A stretch of DNA of 64,000 bases from Felis catus (lineage: Eukaryota), in contig NC_058373.1 in assembly GCF_018350175.1 (NCBI RefSeq), positions 100,938,001 through 101,002,000 on the forward strand. Reading direction: 5' to 3'. This document shows positions 1 to 10,945 of this stretch, piece by piece (position 1 is the first letter of the stretch; every line of letters starts with the position of its first letter). The position numbers and the translations under genes were made by a program. The notes below the pieces were generated by a model. That model worked only from the letters and a program-made list of their open reading frames with translations, made no database searches and was not told where the DNA came from.

Positions 1-19
1 CATGTTCTTCAGATCACAG

Positions 20-192
20 TTCTAATTTTATATTTATGTCTTATTTGATTGTCTTTCTATTCCACTATTTTTAGAGCTTCATGAAGGTAGAGACAGAGTT
101 GAGTGTTGTTCACTCTTATGTCTCCCGTGCTTAGGAACTGGTAGTAAGTATTCAATAAATGTCTGTAGAATGAATGAAAGAATAAGTGAATG
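20..192 (+). mobile_element. L2 LINE 3' end relic
   Basis: Typical L2 terminus: ...cttcatgaaggtagagac...gtattcaataaatgtctgtagaatgaatgaa. Confidence 0.7.
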
Positions 193-195
193 GAG

Positions 196-197
196 GA

Positions 198-268
<71 letters not shown>
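196..268 (+). repeat. (GAAA)n tetranucleotide microsatellite, ~18 units
   Basis: Direct reading; sits on the L2 tail; explains ORF 79..276(-). Confidence 0.97.
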
Positions 269-269
<1 letters not shown>

Positions 270-976
270 GTAACATTAAGATTCACTTAAGCTGCACCTG
301 ACAATTTCATGTAAGAGTTCAATGGTTTTATTCCAAAGCCCATACTTTTGGGTATATCTGCATCCCCTCTCTAGTATTATTACATTTCTAGGAAACAAGT
401 TTCTCTTGTTTAGTTCTCAGTGCAATCTCAGACAGTGGTAGGGGCCAGGACCATCCCTGTGGGGCTTTAGAACAGAGAACACAATAACACACACTCTACT
501 TTTTCCTGTACAGAGAAATGCGTTCATATTAGAGAAGTGGAGAAGAAGTAGAGACAGCATAAAAAGACAAAGGCAGCTTGAAAGGTATGTTGGGAGGAAT
601 GTGGGTATGTGGATCTTGGTTAATGACTCATCAGAATTTCAAGGCTGATTTAGTATGTAAAAAGTCTGGAGTTTCTCTGAACACCAGCCTGCAGTGGCCA
701 CTTTCCTATTTTATCCCCCTGGGGGAGATATGCCTTGCCTCCACTGGAATCATAACATAACTGTCAGAGTCATATTGCATTAGCTATGCAAACTGCTAAC
801 CATAAGCAATTCTGTCCAGTAATGGTATATCTCAAAATGGATTAAAATTGAGCATACCATGTTCCAGTTGCCTATCATTCTCTTTATCTCCTCATGGAGC
901 TTCTGTGACCCTTGGGGACCCTGACCACACTGGCTGACCTTGAAGGACAGCTATTGATAAGTAACTTCCCTTTAAA

Positions 977-1200
977 AAAATTTTTTTTAATGTTTATTTA
1001 TTTTTGAGAGAGAGACAAAGACAGAGACAGAGCATGAGTGGGGGAGGGGCAGAGCAAAAGGAAAACACAGAATCGAAAGCAGGTTCCAGGCTCTGAGCTG
1101 TCAGCACAGAGCCCGATGCAGGGCTCGAACCCACTATCTGCAAGATCATGACCTGAGCCGAAGTCAGACGCTTAACTGACTGAACCACTCAGGCACCCCA
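977..1200 (-). mobile_element. Can-SINE (SINEC_Fc type)
   Basis: tRNA-derived head, (CT)n body and A tail on the - strand; 20-bp TSD ataagt(a/g)acttccctttaaa at 957-976 and 1201-1220. Confidence 0.95.
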
Positions 1201-1969
1201 ATAAGTGACTTCCCTTTAAATAATTGCCCATACCCCTGGAGTTTCCTATCAGATTATCTGTAGCAGAATCCAAAGTTTCTCTTTCAAATTTAGCCTTCAC
1301 CCTGGGAACAGAAGCTAAAAATCCCATATTAAAACTAGTTTTATGAAGTTTTCCTACTTATTTATGTTATTATTTCACATTTTAATTAATATTTTTTCTT
1401 TAAAATTGTGTTCTTGAGAGATTTAAAGCAAAAATTAAATTTCATTATGTCTCCTACCCACATCTGTCCCTGTAGAGTTTACATTGTTGCATTGAATGAG
1501 ACAAACTTTACCTTTTTTTGTAAGAAAAGTTTATCTTTCTGCTGGTGATTGCCAAGGGGAAAACATAGAATTTTATCAAGCTATTTCTTCTCTGCTCTAT
1601 CCATTGCTTGTCAAATTTAGAAACAAAAATTGGAAAATCTCACACTTCCCAAATGAATCCCTTTGGTAAATAAAACCTCAGCTCCATTTTGCCACACTGC
1701 ATATGATAGTGCTTTTAAAAAGCATTTAAACATAGGTAACAATGTGTCTTAAAGACTGGAACTATTGATTTATAAAGTTAAGTGTGAATAAAATCTAAAG
1801 ACAAATAGTGTATCATTAAAAAGTGAAATAATATTATTTTGATTCATACTTGACAATTTTTGAAAGAATGTTAAGCTCTTACATAAATACATGGCTTCCC
1901 CAGCTGTTCAAATAGTATGATTAATTAAATGGATTCTGTCTGAAAACCAACACTGGCTCTTGTTCTCAG

Positions 1970-2034
1970 GTTGCAAATATGTCCAATGTAAAGGGAAATG
2001 AAAGAGTTTCTCTCTGGTATCTACTGCATTTGAG
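1970..2034 (+). pseudogene. Candidate exon A of decayed GPR157/cAMP-receptor-like GPCR (N-terminus and first half of TM1)
   Basis: ttgttctcag| acceptor and |gtaaag donor; ATG at 1979 with A at -3; reads MSNVKGNERVSLWYLLHL(S/R)|, the same ER-x8-LS spacing as recalled GPR157 ERAVVLLSCALS. Confidence 0.45.
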
Positions 2035-2128
2035 GTAAAGAATTAATATTGTTAAAATACCAAAGTGTTCCTTAGTATGTGTTTGTGGTGTGCACCCGTG
2101 TGCGTGTGTGTGATACTTTTTTTAACAG

Positions 2129-2235
2129 CAGGAAACTTCACCTATAACAAACTTAGCTATTTGACAATCTCATCAATCCAGAATAAAGCCAAGAATCTGT
2201 TAAAAGCCAACAAAAGGGACTTCTAAGAAGCCCAG
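2129..2235 (+). pseudogene. Candidate exon B of the GPCR relic (end of TM1, ICL1, start of TM2)
   Basis: tttttttaacag| acceptor; 2155-2202 reads SYLTISSIQNKAKNLL vs recalled GPR157 THALWPDLRSRARRLL; stop at 2224; needs a 1-nt shift to join exon A; donor degenerate (ataagg). Confidence 0.35.
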
Positions 2236-2359
2236 ATAAGGGTGATCAAAGTCCATTCATGACATCTCTTGCATTTAAATATAGAAAGAAAAAAGAGTCC
2301 TAGACTTTGATTTAGAATATTACTATTTTTATTTTAGTGTAATTTAAATAGTTTGCCTG

Positions 2360-2900
2360 GAGGGGACAAAGCATGAAGAGGTTGCTGAGGCAGGTTGCAG
2401 TGGTTGATTCGGAATGGAGAGTGGAAGGGCTTAATCCAGAATACACTGGGGGGTCAGTAAAAATTCTGAGTAGGAGAGAGACATTATCAGACAAGTTCTT
2501 TAGGAAAATTCATCCAAGTGCATTGAATATACTGCAGAGGCTGGAAATCAAAGGCAGTTAACAGACTTAGTCTGGCATTAGTCCAGATGATCAGTAATAA
2601 GATTCTGAACAAGGGTACAGAGAGGAGAGTCTTAAGAGATGTTGTAAAGTATAATAAAAACAACTTGGGAATTGTTCAGATTGGGAGACAAAGAAGAAAG
2701 AAAAATCAAAGATGTCTTAAAAAAAAGTCAAGTCTGTGAGAGCGAAATGGTGCTACCAGAAGAATTAAAGAACATGGGAGGAAGAACAAGTTTGGGGGGA
2801 GGTAGAGGAAGATGATGGACTCAAGTCTGCAATTTGAGGCACAAGCGGAATATCAGGAAGGGGTGGATGTCTCTCAGCAGCTGCAAATGCAGCATCATAC
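2360..2900 (-). mobile_element. L2 LINE relic
   Basis: Purine-rich antisense L2 motifs (gtccagatga...aacaacttgggaattg...gaatggtgctacc...aatttgagg). Confidence 0.55.
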
Positions 2901-2929
2901 TGTCTCTAGGTCGAGACGTAAAACAAAAA

Positions 2930-3035
2930 CCGTAACAAATAATGTTTACTGAGCACTTCCTAGGTATGAAGTACTCTCCCTACATATTTCGTGTATTTAA
3001 TATTCACAACTCTCCCATGAGGTAAGTAGCATTTT
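2930..3035 (-). mobile_element. MIR SINE fragment
   Basis: tttactgagcacttcctagg...tttaatattcacaac...atgaggtaagta. Confidence 0.65.
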
Positions 3036-3250
3036 ATTTATTTTTAAATTTTTAATGTTTATTTATTTTTGAGTGAGAGAGAGCACGAGCCGGGGAGGGA
3101 CAGAGAGAGAGGAAGACACAGAATCCGAAGCAGGCTCCAGGCTCTGAGCTATCAGCACAGAGAGGGATGCAGGCCTCGAACTTGCAAACGGCGAGATCAT
3201 GACCTGAGCTGAAGTCAGAGGCTTAACCGACTGAGCCACCCAGGTGCACC
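3036..3250 (-). mobile_element. Can-SINE
   Basis: Standard SINEC_Fc body on the - strand ending gccacccaggtgcacc. Confidence 0.93.
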
Positions 3251-4349
3251 TGTACTATTTTAAATTCATCTTAAAAATCTATTTTTAATTAATTTTCAAA
3301 GTTGTAAAAATAATTTCATAATCATTGCAAAGACTCAAGCGATAAACATGAAAAGTCAAAGGAAAGAATAGGAGGTGTTAAGTGAATCACGGGTGTTTTT
3401 TTCTAAATAATATTTATAGAAAATTAGAAGCAGTATCCAAAAGAGACACTTACTTCAAGAGGAAACTAAAAGCTGCCCAGAAAAGGAGAAAACATCGAAA
3501 CTACAATAAGAATAAAAAAGAACTCAAACAAATACATCACCACCACCACCACTAAAACATACAAAGAGGAAGCTTGGCCTCTTTAGGAGAGAAATAGTCT
3601 TTCCCAATTTACTAAGATCTAGAGTTCCCTGCAATAGCTCAGTACATAACTGATGTCAAAATGATACCAAGGAAAAAGTTAAGTGACTATTTCTTTGTAA
3701 TCCTTTAGGAAGGCAGAAAATTTTAGTTCTAATAATGGGCAAAATCAAAGATCTTTTGCACAATGTAATCAACAAAGTCAGCACGACTGCATAAATTATT
3801 CCATGATGGTTCCATGCTATTGAGTTTCATACTATGTTTCCAACAAGCGAGGTGTCAGACTTTTCTTCCCAGGCAAGCAGGGACTGGGCCCAGGATGAAA
3901 TTCTACCAGCAGGGACTGGTATTGGTGTGGGTGTGGTTTTTCTGCACTTTGAGGGCTCTAATTAAAGGGGAATTAGAATCAAAGTCTGAGATGAGTGCTG
4001 GGGTGGGCCCAGATGTAAGAGAAGTTCCAAAAACATCCAGTCCAAGGATAATGAATGAAAAAACAAAAACTAGATTTAAAGCAATGAATCACATCAGAGA
4101 ACTGCAGCCAAAATGGAGTTTAACAGGGTCTGAGAGTAGGGACTAGAAAGATTCCCAGAAGCAATGGGATGTAGAAGGTATAAGACTTTTCTGGGGTAAC
4201 CAGGGTCAAGTATAAGGGTGAGGAAGGCTCAATTCTTTAAGCAAAGAAATGAAAGTCTTATGAATATAAGAAAATGAAGGAATTCAAAGAATTTGCAAAG
4301 AAGGTGGAACAACATCTGGAAGGTAGGAAGCAGAATGCTAAATACCTAT

Positions 4350-4509
4350 CTATCTCATGTATATATCTCATATATACATATATATTTTATGTATTTTTAA
4401 AATAGATTTTAAAATATATTTAAACTATATATATAATGTATATTATTTATATGCTATATATGTATATTGTATTATATATACATTATATAATGTATATTAT
4501 ATATATATG

Positions 4510-4551
<42 letters not shown>
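4350..4551. repeat. TA-rich low-complexity tract ending in pure (TA)n
   Basis: Direct reading; pure (TA)n at ~4513-4551. Confidence 0.95.
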
Positions 4552-4554
<3 letters not shown>

Positions 4555-4669
4555 CCACTGTCCAGTGCCTACTTCTACTAGTGATCAAATAGAGAAAGAA
4601 ACTTAACTTTTAGTGTAAGTCTTTTTAGCTTTTAAATTGCTTACCAATATGTATCCTGCCCTTTGCAAA

Positions 4670-5500
4670 CAAGTATTCAAAAAATACAAAGAATTTACAA
4701 AACTCAGCAGTAAGAAAACAAATAATTTAGTAAAAGGGTAGGCAAACGATCTGTGCTGATATTTGGCCAAAAAGATATACGGATGGCACATAAGTACATG
4801 AAAGATGTGCCCCGTTATTAGTCATTACGGAAATGCAAATTAAAACAGCAATGAGTTACCATTACATACTTGTTAGAATGACCAAAATAAAAATATTGAA
4901 AATAGCAAGTGCTGGCAACGAGTTTGAGCAACTAAAAGTCCCATGTATTGCTGGGAATGCAGCAGCGTAAAGTCACTCTGGCGATTTCTTACAAGCTAAA
5001 CATACACTTAGCATATGACCCAGCAATCCCATTTCTAGCTCTTTATCCCAAAGAAAGTAAAATTTATTTTCAAACAGAAACTTCCGCATGAGTGCCTAAA
5101 GTAACATTCCTCAAACTCGCCAAAACCTGGAAACAACCTGAAAATACTTCACTGGGTGCTAATTTCACACAGTGGGATATTCACTCGGCAACAAAACTAT
5201 CACACTGCTGATACATACAACAGCATGAATGAATCTTAAATGTGTTAGGCTAATGGAAAGAAACCAGTGCTACAGTATTGAACACTATATGATTTCGTTT
5301 ATGTGACACTCTGATAAAAGCAAAACTATAGGTTCAGAAAGCAGATCAGTAATTGCAAGGGTTTGGTGGATATGGAATCACGACTACTGAGGGGCAGTAC
5401 TAGAAAATACCTTGGGATGTGAGCATTACACGGAGTTCATTTGCATGCTGTTTCAAGAATCTATGCATGTGTTGAAGTCCATAGAACTTTAAACCATAAA
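4670..5500 (+). mobile_element. Old L1 (L1M-type) ORF2 C-terminus and 3' region
   Basis: L1 motifs gaaatgcaaattaaaac, catatgacccagcaatccca, ctggaaacaacc, atgaatgaatctt, tggaaagaaaccag. Confidence 0.85.
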
Positions 5501-5589
5501 TTAACTAATTTATTTATTTATTATTTATTTATTTATTTAACTGTATGTAAAACTTTTTAAATAAGATACATTTAAAGTGGCAATAACCA

Positions 5590-5810
5590 GGAGCACTTGG
5601 GTGGTGTAGTCAGTTAAGTGTGCAGCTCTTGATTTCGGCTCAGGTCATGGTGTCACAGTTTGTGAGATGGAGCCCCACATTGGACTCTGCTGACAGCGTG
5701 AAGCCTGCTTGGGATTCCCTCTCCCTCTTCTCTCTGCCTCTCTCCTGCTCTCTCTCTCTCTCTCTCTCTGTTTCTTTCTCTCTCTCATGAATAAATAAAC
5801 ATTAAAAAAA
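5590..5810 (+). mobile_element. Can-SINE
   Basis: Head-(CT)n-aataaa-polyA structure; imperfect TSD around gcaataa. Confidence 0.92.
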
Positions 5811-5814
5811 TTGC

Positions 5815-6300
5815 AATAAGCATTTATTACTTGCAATTTTGTGAGTCAGGAATTTGGCAGGGTTCAGGTAGGATGATCCTTTTGCTCCATGTTATGTCAA
5901 CTCAAATGGGGCTGAAGCATCCAAGATGGTTTCATTTACAAGTCTGAGTGTTGATGCTCTCTATCAACTAAGGTACTTTGGTTTTTCTTTACATGGTGTC
6001 TCTTTCCACATATTCTTATTCTCCAGGGTCTCTCTCTGCATGTGCCTTCCTTCTTCAGCAGGACAGTTTGAACTTCTTCACATAGCCACATGACTCTAAA
6101 AACAAAAGAGGAAGCTACAAGGTCACTTATGACCTGGTTTCAGAAGTTCCAGAACATTACTTCCATTGTATTAGGCAGAAGTCTAGTCCAGATCAAGAGG
6201 AGAGAAAATGGCCTCCACCACTTACTTGATGGGAGGAGAAGCAAAGTCTCATTGCAAAAGCGCATGGACACAAGGGGGCATGACTTTTGGGAGAGCAGGT
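5815..6300 (-). mobile_element. MaLR LTR (MLT1-type) relic
   Basis: catttattac...gtcaggaatttggcaggg...tccaagatgg...ttccattgtatt...gcaaagtctcattgca. Confidence 0.65.
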
Positions 6301-6319
6301 GGGAACACAATGAATATTC

Positions 6320-6580
6320 CAGTATTCCAAACAGAAGGAACAGCATATGCAAAGGCTCTGAAAACGTGGAAATCAGAGGAAAGTTAAAGAAAGTCACTGG
6401 CTAATGATGAATGTAAAGAAGTTTCAAGAGGGAAACTTTGCAGGAAAAAGAAGAACAAGATCACGTGGGACATGAAGGCTACTGATATGAGTTTGATTTT
6501 ATTCTAAGTGCAGCAGATTTCAAGCAGGAAAGATCTGATATATTTTGTCTTTTCAAATGGTGAGTGTTGGTTCCTGTGTG
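6320..6580 (-). mobile_element. L2 relic
   Basis: aggaacagcatatgcaaaggctctg...gagtttgattttattctaagtgc. Confidence 0.65.
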
Positions 6581-7299
6581 AATTCCAATATTCATTAATT
6601 AGCCACCTGAAGAGAAAAACTATTCAAAGATAACTCAAATGTGGAATATGGATTTAAAAGCATATTGCATTGCAATTTAATGTGAAAGAATTCAAATCAC
6701 ATGTCTTATTTACATTTAGCATACATTTTAGGGACCAATGTGCATTAGCCACTCTAGTTTAAAAGGCAAATGAACATAGTAATTGCTAGCTATAGTCTTT
6801 TGGAGACCAAAGTAACCAAGGACAAAATTTGAATGTTCTTGGGAAATATGAGTCTTTTTTTCCTCCCATAAATCCAGTTTCCAAACCATTTATAACACTG
6901 TTAATTGCCTTGAAAACTGGAACCAGAACAAGTCTACCTTCTGAGGTAGGGTAGCGATAAACCATAAAGGGTATGCTGTGTGGGGCTGCACTTTTACTTT
7001 AAGTACATACATAGGGAAGAGATTGAAGGATGACAAAATAAATACAGATGCATTGGATTCTCAACAGGGTGGTTCAGTGAGAATGGCCATGTGTAATCTC
7101 TGTGGGTGCAAAAGTAGGACTAAATATATGAGAGGAAAGTATGCAATTAATCAGAATCATGCTTGAGAATGTATTAGTCAAATCCTCTTTAAGAAATCAA
7201 AATCACCATAATTTAGTAAGCATTAATTGAGAGCTGAGCATTGTCATAAACTCTGAGACATAGAAAAGAAATATTAGTAAATATTAGTATAACATGATA

Positions 7300-7410
7300 T
7301 GGGAGAAATATCATAGGTTGGAGAGCCAGAAGATGGGATTTTGGTCCCATCTCTGCTATTAACTTGGTATGGAAAGCTGAGCAAGTTATTTGTCCTTAGT
7401 GGTTGTTTGC
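7300..7410 (+). mobile_element. MIR fragment
   Basis: ggagagccagaagatgggattttggtcccatctctgc...gagcaagttattt. Confidence 0.6.
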
Positions 7411-7992
7411 TTTCTGTTCATACAGATTGCTTCAAGCTATGCTATTTCATAAGCCTTTCTTTCCATAAGGCATACTTCCTAACATTGAGTTTACAACCTG
7501 CAATTGTTGAGAAGCAAGACTTTAGACCAATGAAACAGAAGGAACAAATTTCAATTCAATTCAATTCAACTCAATTCATTCAACTCACGTTTATTGTAAG
7601 AGGGTGGATTAAAATATTCAGAGGCTCACTTTCAATTTTACTTTTATTGACTTAACTAAGATAGTTGTACCTTTCGTTACAAATTAAAATTTCAAATTCC
7701 ATTTTTAAGAGGTGCTTTTTGGCAGGGGTGTGGCTAAGGAAAAGATCTTTGTATGGCAGTTGCAATAGAATTCCACCTGCAAATACTATTACCACGTTTT
7801 CGGGAGAAAATAAACTTGAAACATTTTGCTTATTTAGGACATGATTGCTTGCTAAAGGTGAATGAAATGCAACCAGAAGTTGAGTAAAGAAGAAAATCAC
7901 TTAACATCTCTCCTCCCCTAAAACCATCATCAGCACCTTCAGGTGAAAAATACTTTTCTTATTTTTGTGTTTTTTGTCTCACATTTTTACAG

Positions 7993-8173
7993 GATTCTCT
8001 TGTAGCCACAACAGAATATGAAGTGGTGTTTGTTTCAAATCTACTTTGATTTTTTTTCAACGACTGGTGGATTCTTTTGGTTATCTTTTTGTGCATTTGT
8101 ACCTGTACTACAGTATAGCTACAGTGACCCTGGTGCTAACTCCAGGTTTGCAAATGTTCTTTCCATACTTGTG
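7993..8173 (+). pseudogene. Candidate exon C of the GPCR relic (ECL1 Cys, TM3, ICL2)
   Basis: Long polypyrimidine tract ending ttttacag|; 8024-8120 reads WCLFQIYFDFFSTTGGFFWLSFCAF[+1 at 8099]YLYYSIA, gapless against recalled GPR157 DCVLQGALSTFANTSSFFWTVAIALYLYLSIV; possible donor at 8146 (gtttgc) or extension through FH at 8161-8166. Confidence 0.65.
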
Positions 8174-8909
8174 AATAAAGACATGGACATGGAATTCACC
8201 TACCAACCAATATTTAATCATATTAACTATGTCCTTGGACTAGTAGTGTAAAGAATTGGCCAAGTGCAATGAATAAGACAGATGTAATCTGCCCTTACCA
8301 ATCTTACAGTCTCATGAGGAAGACAAAGAACAAGTAATGATGAGTATGATGAGTGTAACAAAAACAAAGAGCTCAGGTGTATTCAACAAAAGGAACTGAC
8401 CTGGAATTAATTGATCATGGTCAGAGGACAATAAGAAAACCAGTCATATCGGAGTAGAGGCTTGTCAACTAATAAAGAATTTGGCTGGACTTTCATCCCT
8501 GGAAGGTATCCTCTGAATCTTTGGAATTTCCTAAGTAATAAGTGTCTTTGTTATTTGTGGTGGAACCCAGTACGACTCAGGATGGGGCTAGCTAATCTGG
8601 AAGGACCAACTATGTGATTAGAGGGCATTAGGGTTTGACACATGTGATATCAGCCTGACCTTTGGGGAGGGGAGGAGTGCTTGAAATTGAATCCAATCAC
8701 ATGGCCAATGATTCAAACAATGATACCAATACAATGAAATCCCAATAGAAGCTATGGACACGTGTGGCAGGAGTAAACTTCCTGGTTGTTGATATACACT
8801 GATGTGCTGGGAGGGTGACAGGTCTTGAGGGAATGAAAGCTTTGCATTTGGGGCCTTCCTAAACCTCATCCTATGTGTCTCTTCAGATGGTTGGTACTAG
8901 TTTGCATCT

Positions 8910-8919
8910 TTTCTTTTTT

Positions 8920-8951
<32 letters not shown>

Positions 8952-9395
8952 CATGCAAGCAGAGAAAAGGGACAAAGGGAGAGAAAGAGAGAGGGACAGA
9001 GGGAGAGAGAGAGAGAGAGAGAAAATCTTTTTTTTATTTTTTAATTTTTTTTTCAACGTTTATTTATTTTTGGGACAGAGAGAGACAGAGCATGAACGGG
9101 GGAGGGGCAGAGAGAGAGGGAGACACAGAATCAGAAACAGGCTCCAGGCTCTGAGCCATCAGCCCAGAGCCCGACGCGGGGCTCGAACTCACGGACCGCG
9201 AGATCGTGACCCAGCTGAAGTCGGACGCTTAACCGACTACGCCACCCAGGCGCCCCTAGAGAGAGAGAAAATCTTAAGCAGGCTCTCTGCTCAGCGAGGA
9301 GTCTGACATGGGGCTCAATCCCACAATGCTGGGATCATGACCTGAGCTGAAATCAAGAGTTGGACACTCAACCAACTAAGCCACCCAACACCCCT
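8910..9395 (-). mobile_element. Older Can-SINE, split by a younger SINE
   Basis: Tail and (GA)n at 8910-9029; body resumes at 9258 (aagcaggctctctgctcagc...gccacccaacacccc). Confidence 0.85.
9030..9256 (-). mobile_element. Young Felis-type Can-SINE
   Basis: CpG-rich and near consensus; 18-bp TSD agagagagagaaaatctt at 9012-9029 and 9258-9275. Confidence 0.95.
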
Positions 9396-10118
9396 AATTG
9401 GCATCGTATACGTGAAACTGTCAGCATAGGTGTAGTTCTTTCCTGAGTTATGAGTCATTCTAGTAAATTATTGAACCTGAATTATGGAAACCCCCAAGCT
9501 TGTAGCCAGTTGGTCAGAAGTGCAGGTGGCCTGAGAACTCCAAAGCTTATGACTGGAGTCTGAAATGGGGGGAATCTCGTGGAGGACTGTGTCCTTGACC
9601 TGGGAAATTTGACCTAACTCTGGGTATTTAATGTCAGAATTGCAATATAAGGCCAATAATGGGAAACCTAGTTGGATTGACAAGATTGAGCCAGATTATG
9701 GAAGATTTAGATATCAGGCATAGATATTAGACATGGAAAGGGAAGATGATAAGATAAAATAACAAAAGCTGAAATGTATTAAGTGCTTGCAGTGTGTCAG
9801 GAACATTTGTAAGCATTTCTTAGGTATCTTCTTAGAAGGTTACCTTTTACCTCCTTCTATCCAAGGATGTGGGAAGAAGTGTTAATTATTTTATAGATGA
9901 ATACTAAAAAACAAAACCACAAAAATAACAATAAACACCGGACTCTTTGCTAATATGTATTAGAGGAAAGGCAATATATTGCATGGGGGCAGAGGAGATT
10001 GGGAATGTGTTTTGCCTTACTGTTAGGAAAATGGAAGTTTGAATGGAAGTGGAATGTTATGGACAGACTGTGGGCATGTGAGAGTTGAGTCATTTTTAAT
10101 ATTAAATAATGAGGGATT

Positions 10119-10335
10119 GGGGCGCCTGGGTGGCTCAGTTGGTTGAGCGTCCAACTTCAGCTCAGGTCATGATCTCACGGTTGGTGAGTTAGAGCCCCAC
10201 GTTGGGCTCTGTGCTGACAGCTCAGAGGCTGGAGCCTCCTTTGGATTCTGTGTCTCTGTGTCTCTCTGCCCCTCCCCTGCTCACACTCTGTCTCTCTCTC
10301 TCTCAAAAATGAATAAACTTAAAAAAAATTTAAAA
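10119..10335 (+). mobile_element. Can-SINE
   Basis: ggggcgcctgggtggctcag head; TSD aaataatgagggat on both sides. Confidence 0.95.
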
Positions 10336-10584
10336 AATAATGAGGGATCTTGAGGAATAAGCTCCAATAGTAGTGTATGTGTGGATTTTGTACATGAGTG
10401 ACAAGGGAGGCAGGGCATTTTTTTCTCTACATATTTACTCTCACCTGACTATATAAGGAACATACACCAATTTCACAGCCTAGAATAAGAAGAAACTTTC
10501 AGATCTGGTGTAGAGAACTCAAGCAGAAGAATAGATGAGACTGACTGGGCAGGGTGACAATGAACATGCATAAAGCCTACACCC

Positions 10585-10735
10585 ACGTTTCAAAGTTTCG
10601 AGAACCATTTGGGAATACTTGGTGAACATACAGATTCCACCCTGGAATTTTAAAATCAGAATTTCCAGAGGAAGAGATTGAAGGATGGGGCATTTAAGAT
10701 TATTCTGATGCTCTGATGGATGTGAGAGCCCCTGG
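10585..10735. mobile_element. MER5-type hAT-Charlie MITE relic
   Basis: ttcaaagtt...aatcagaatttccag...tattctgatgc...gagagcccctg. Confidence 0.55.
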
Positions 10736-10838
10736 TTTACCTGATTGGCACACATTGATGGCTCTCAAAGACTCAAAGAGACCTGTCATCAATAATGACT
10801 ACTTTGCTTTGCTCTCCTGACATTATTCTTCTGAACAG

Positions 10839-10945
10839 GCCAGTTTGGTTTCTAAAGCTATTGATTTATGGATCCTTCTTTCTTCTTTCTTCCATCTGTG
10901 GATTTTTATTCTCAGTTTCTTTTGTTGGCATCTGAAATTAAGGAG
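10839..10945 (+). pseudogene. Candidate exon D of the GPCR relic (TM5 and start of ICL3)
   Basis: ttattcttctgaacag| acceptor; hydrophobic in two frames (ASLVSKAIDLWILLSSFFHLWIFILSFFCWHLKLRR and PVWFLKLLIYGSFFLLSSICGFLFSVSFVGI*); ends AG|atatgt, a possible mutated gtatgt donor, phase-compatible with exon E. Confidence 0.4.

Larger units (their letters stand above)
8440..9645 (+). mobile_element. MER21-type (MER21C-like) solo LTR interrupted by nested SINEs
   Basis: Motifs tgtgattagaggg...tgatatcagcctgacct...gccaatgattcaa...tgtagccagttggtcagaagtgc...tgtcagaattg match the MER21C consensus as recalled. Confidence 0.8.

Noticed and set aside
3805..3870. GSMLLSFILCF as an alternative TM1 exon of the GPCR relic
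   Set aside because: No acceptor upstream and no ICL1/TM2 pattern after it
8055..8115. Alternative frame FNDWWILLVIFLCICTCTTV resembling TMEM167 (kish)
   Set aside because: Flanked by stops with no further similarity; the GPR157-like reading explains more residues and the neighbouring exons
8875..9306. 143-aa RE-rich ORF, and similar ORFs at 994, 5645, 24724, 36693, 37651, 44534, 61053
   Set aside because: Read-through of Can-SINE sequence
10845..10900. KAIDLW resembling the Cys-loop receptor TM3 motif KAIDIW
   Set aside because: Isolated 6-mer; no TM2 or other Cys-loop segments nearby
10866..10931. Possible - strand terminal exon (ttaatttcag|MPTKETENKNPQMEERRKKDP*)
   Set aside because: No recognisable protein and no upstream - strand exons; simply the complement of a T-rich segment
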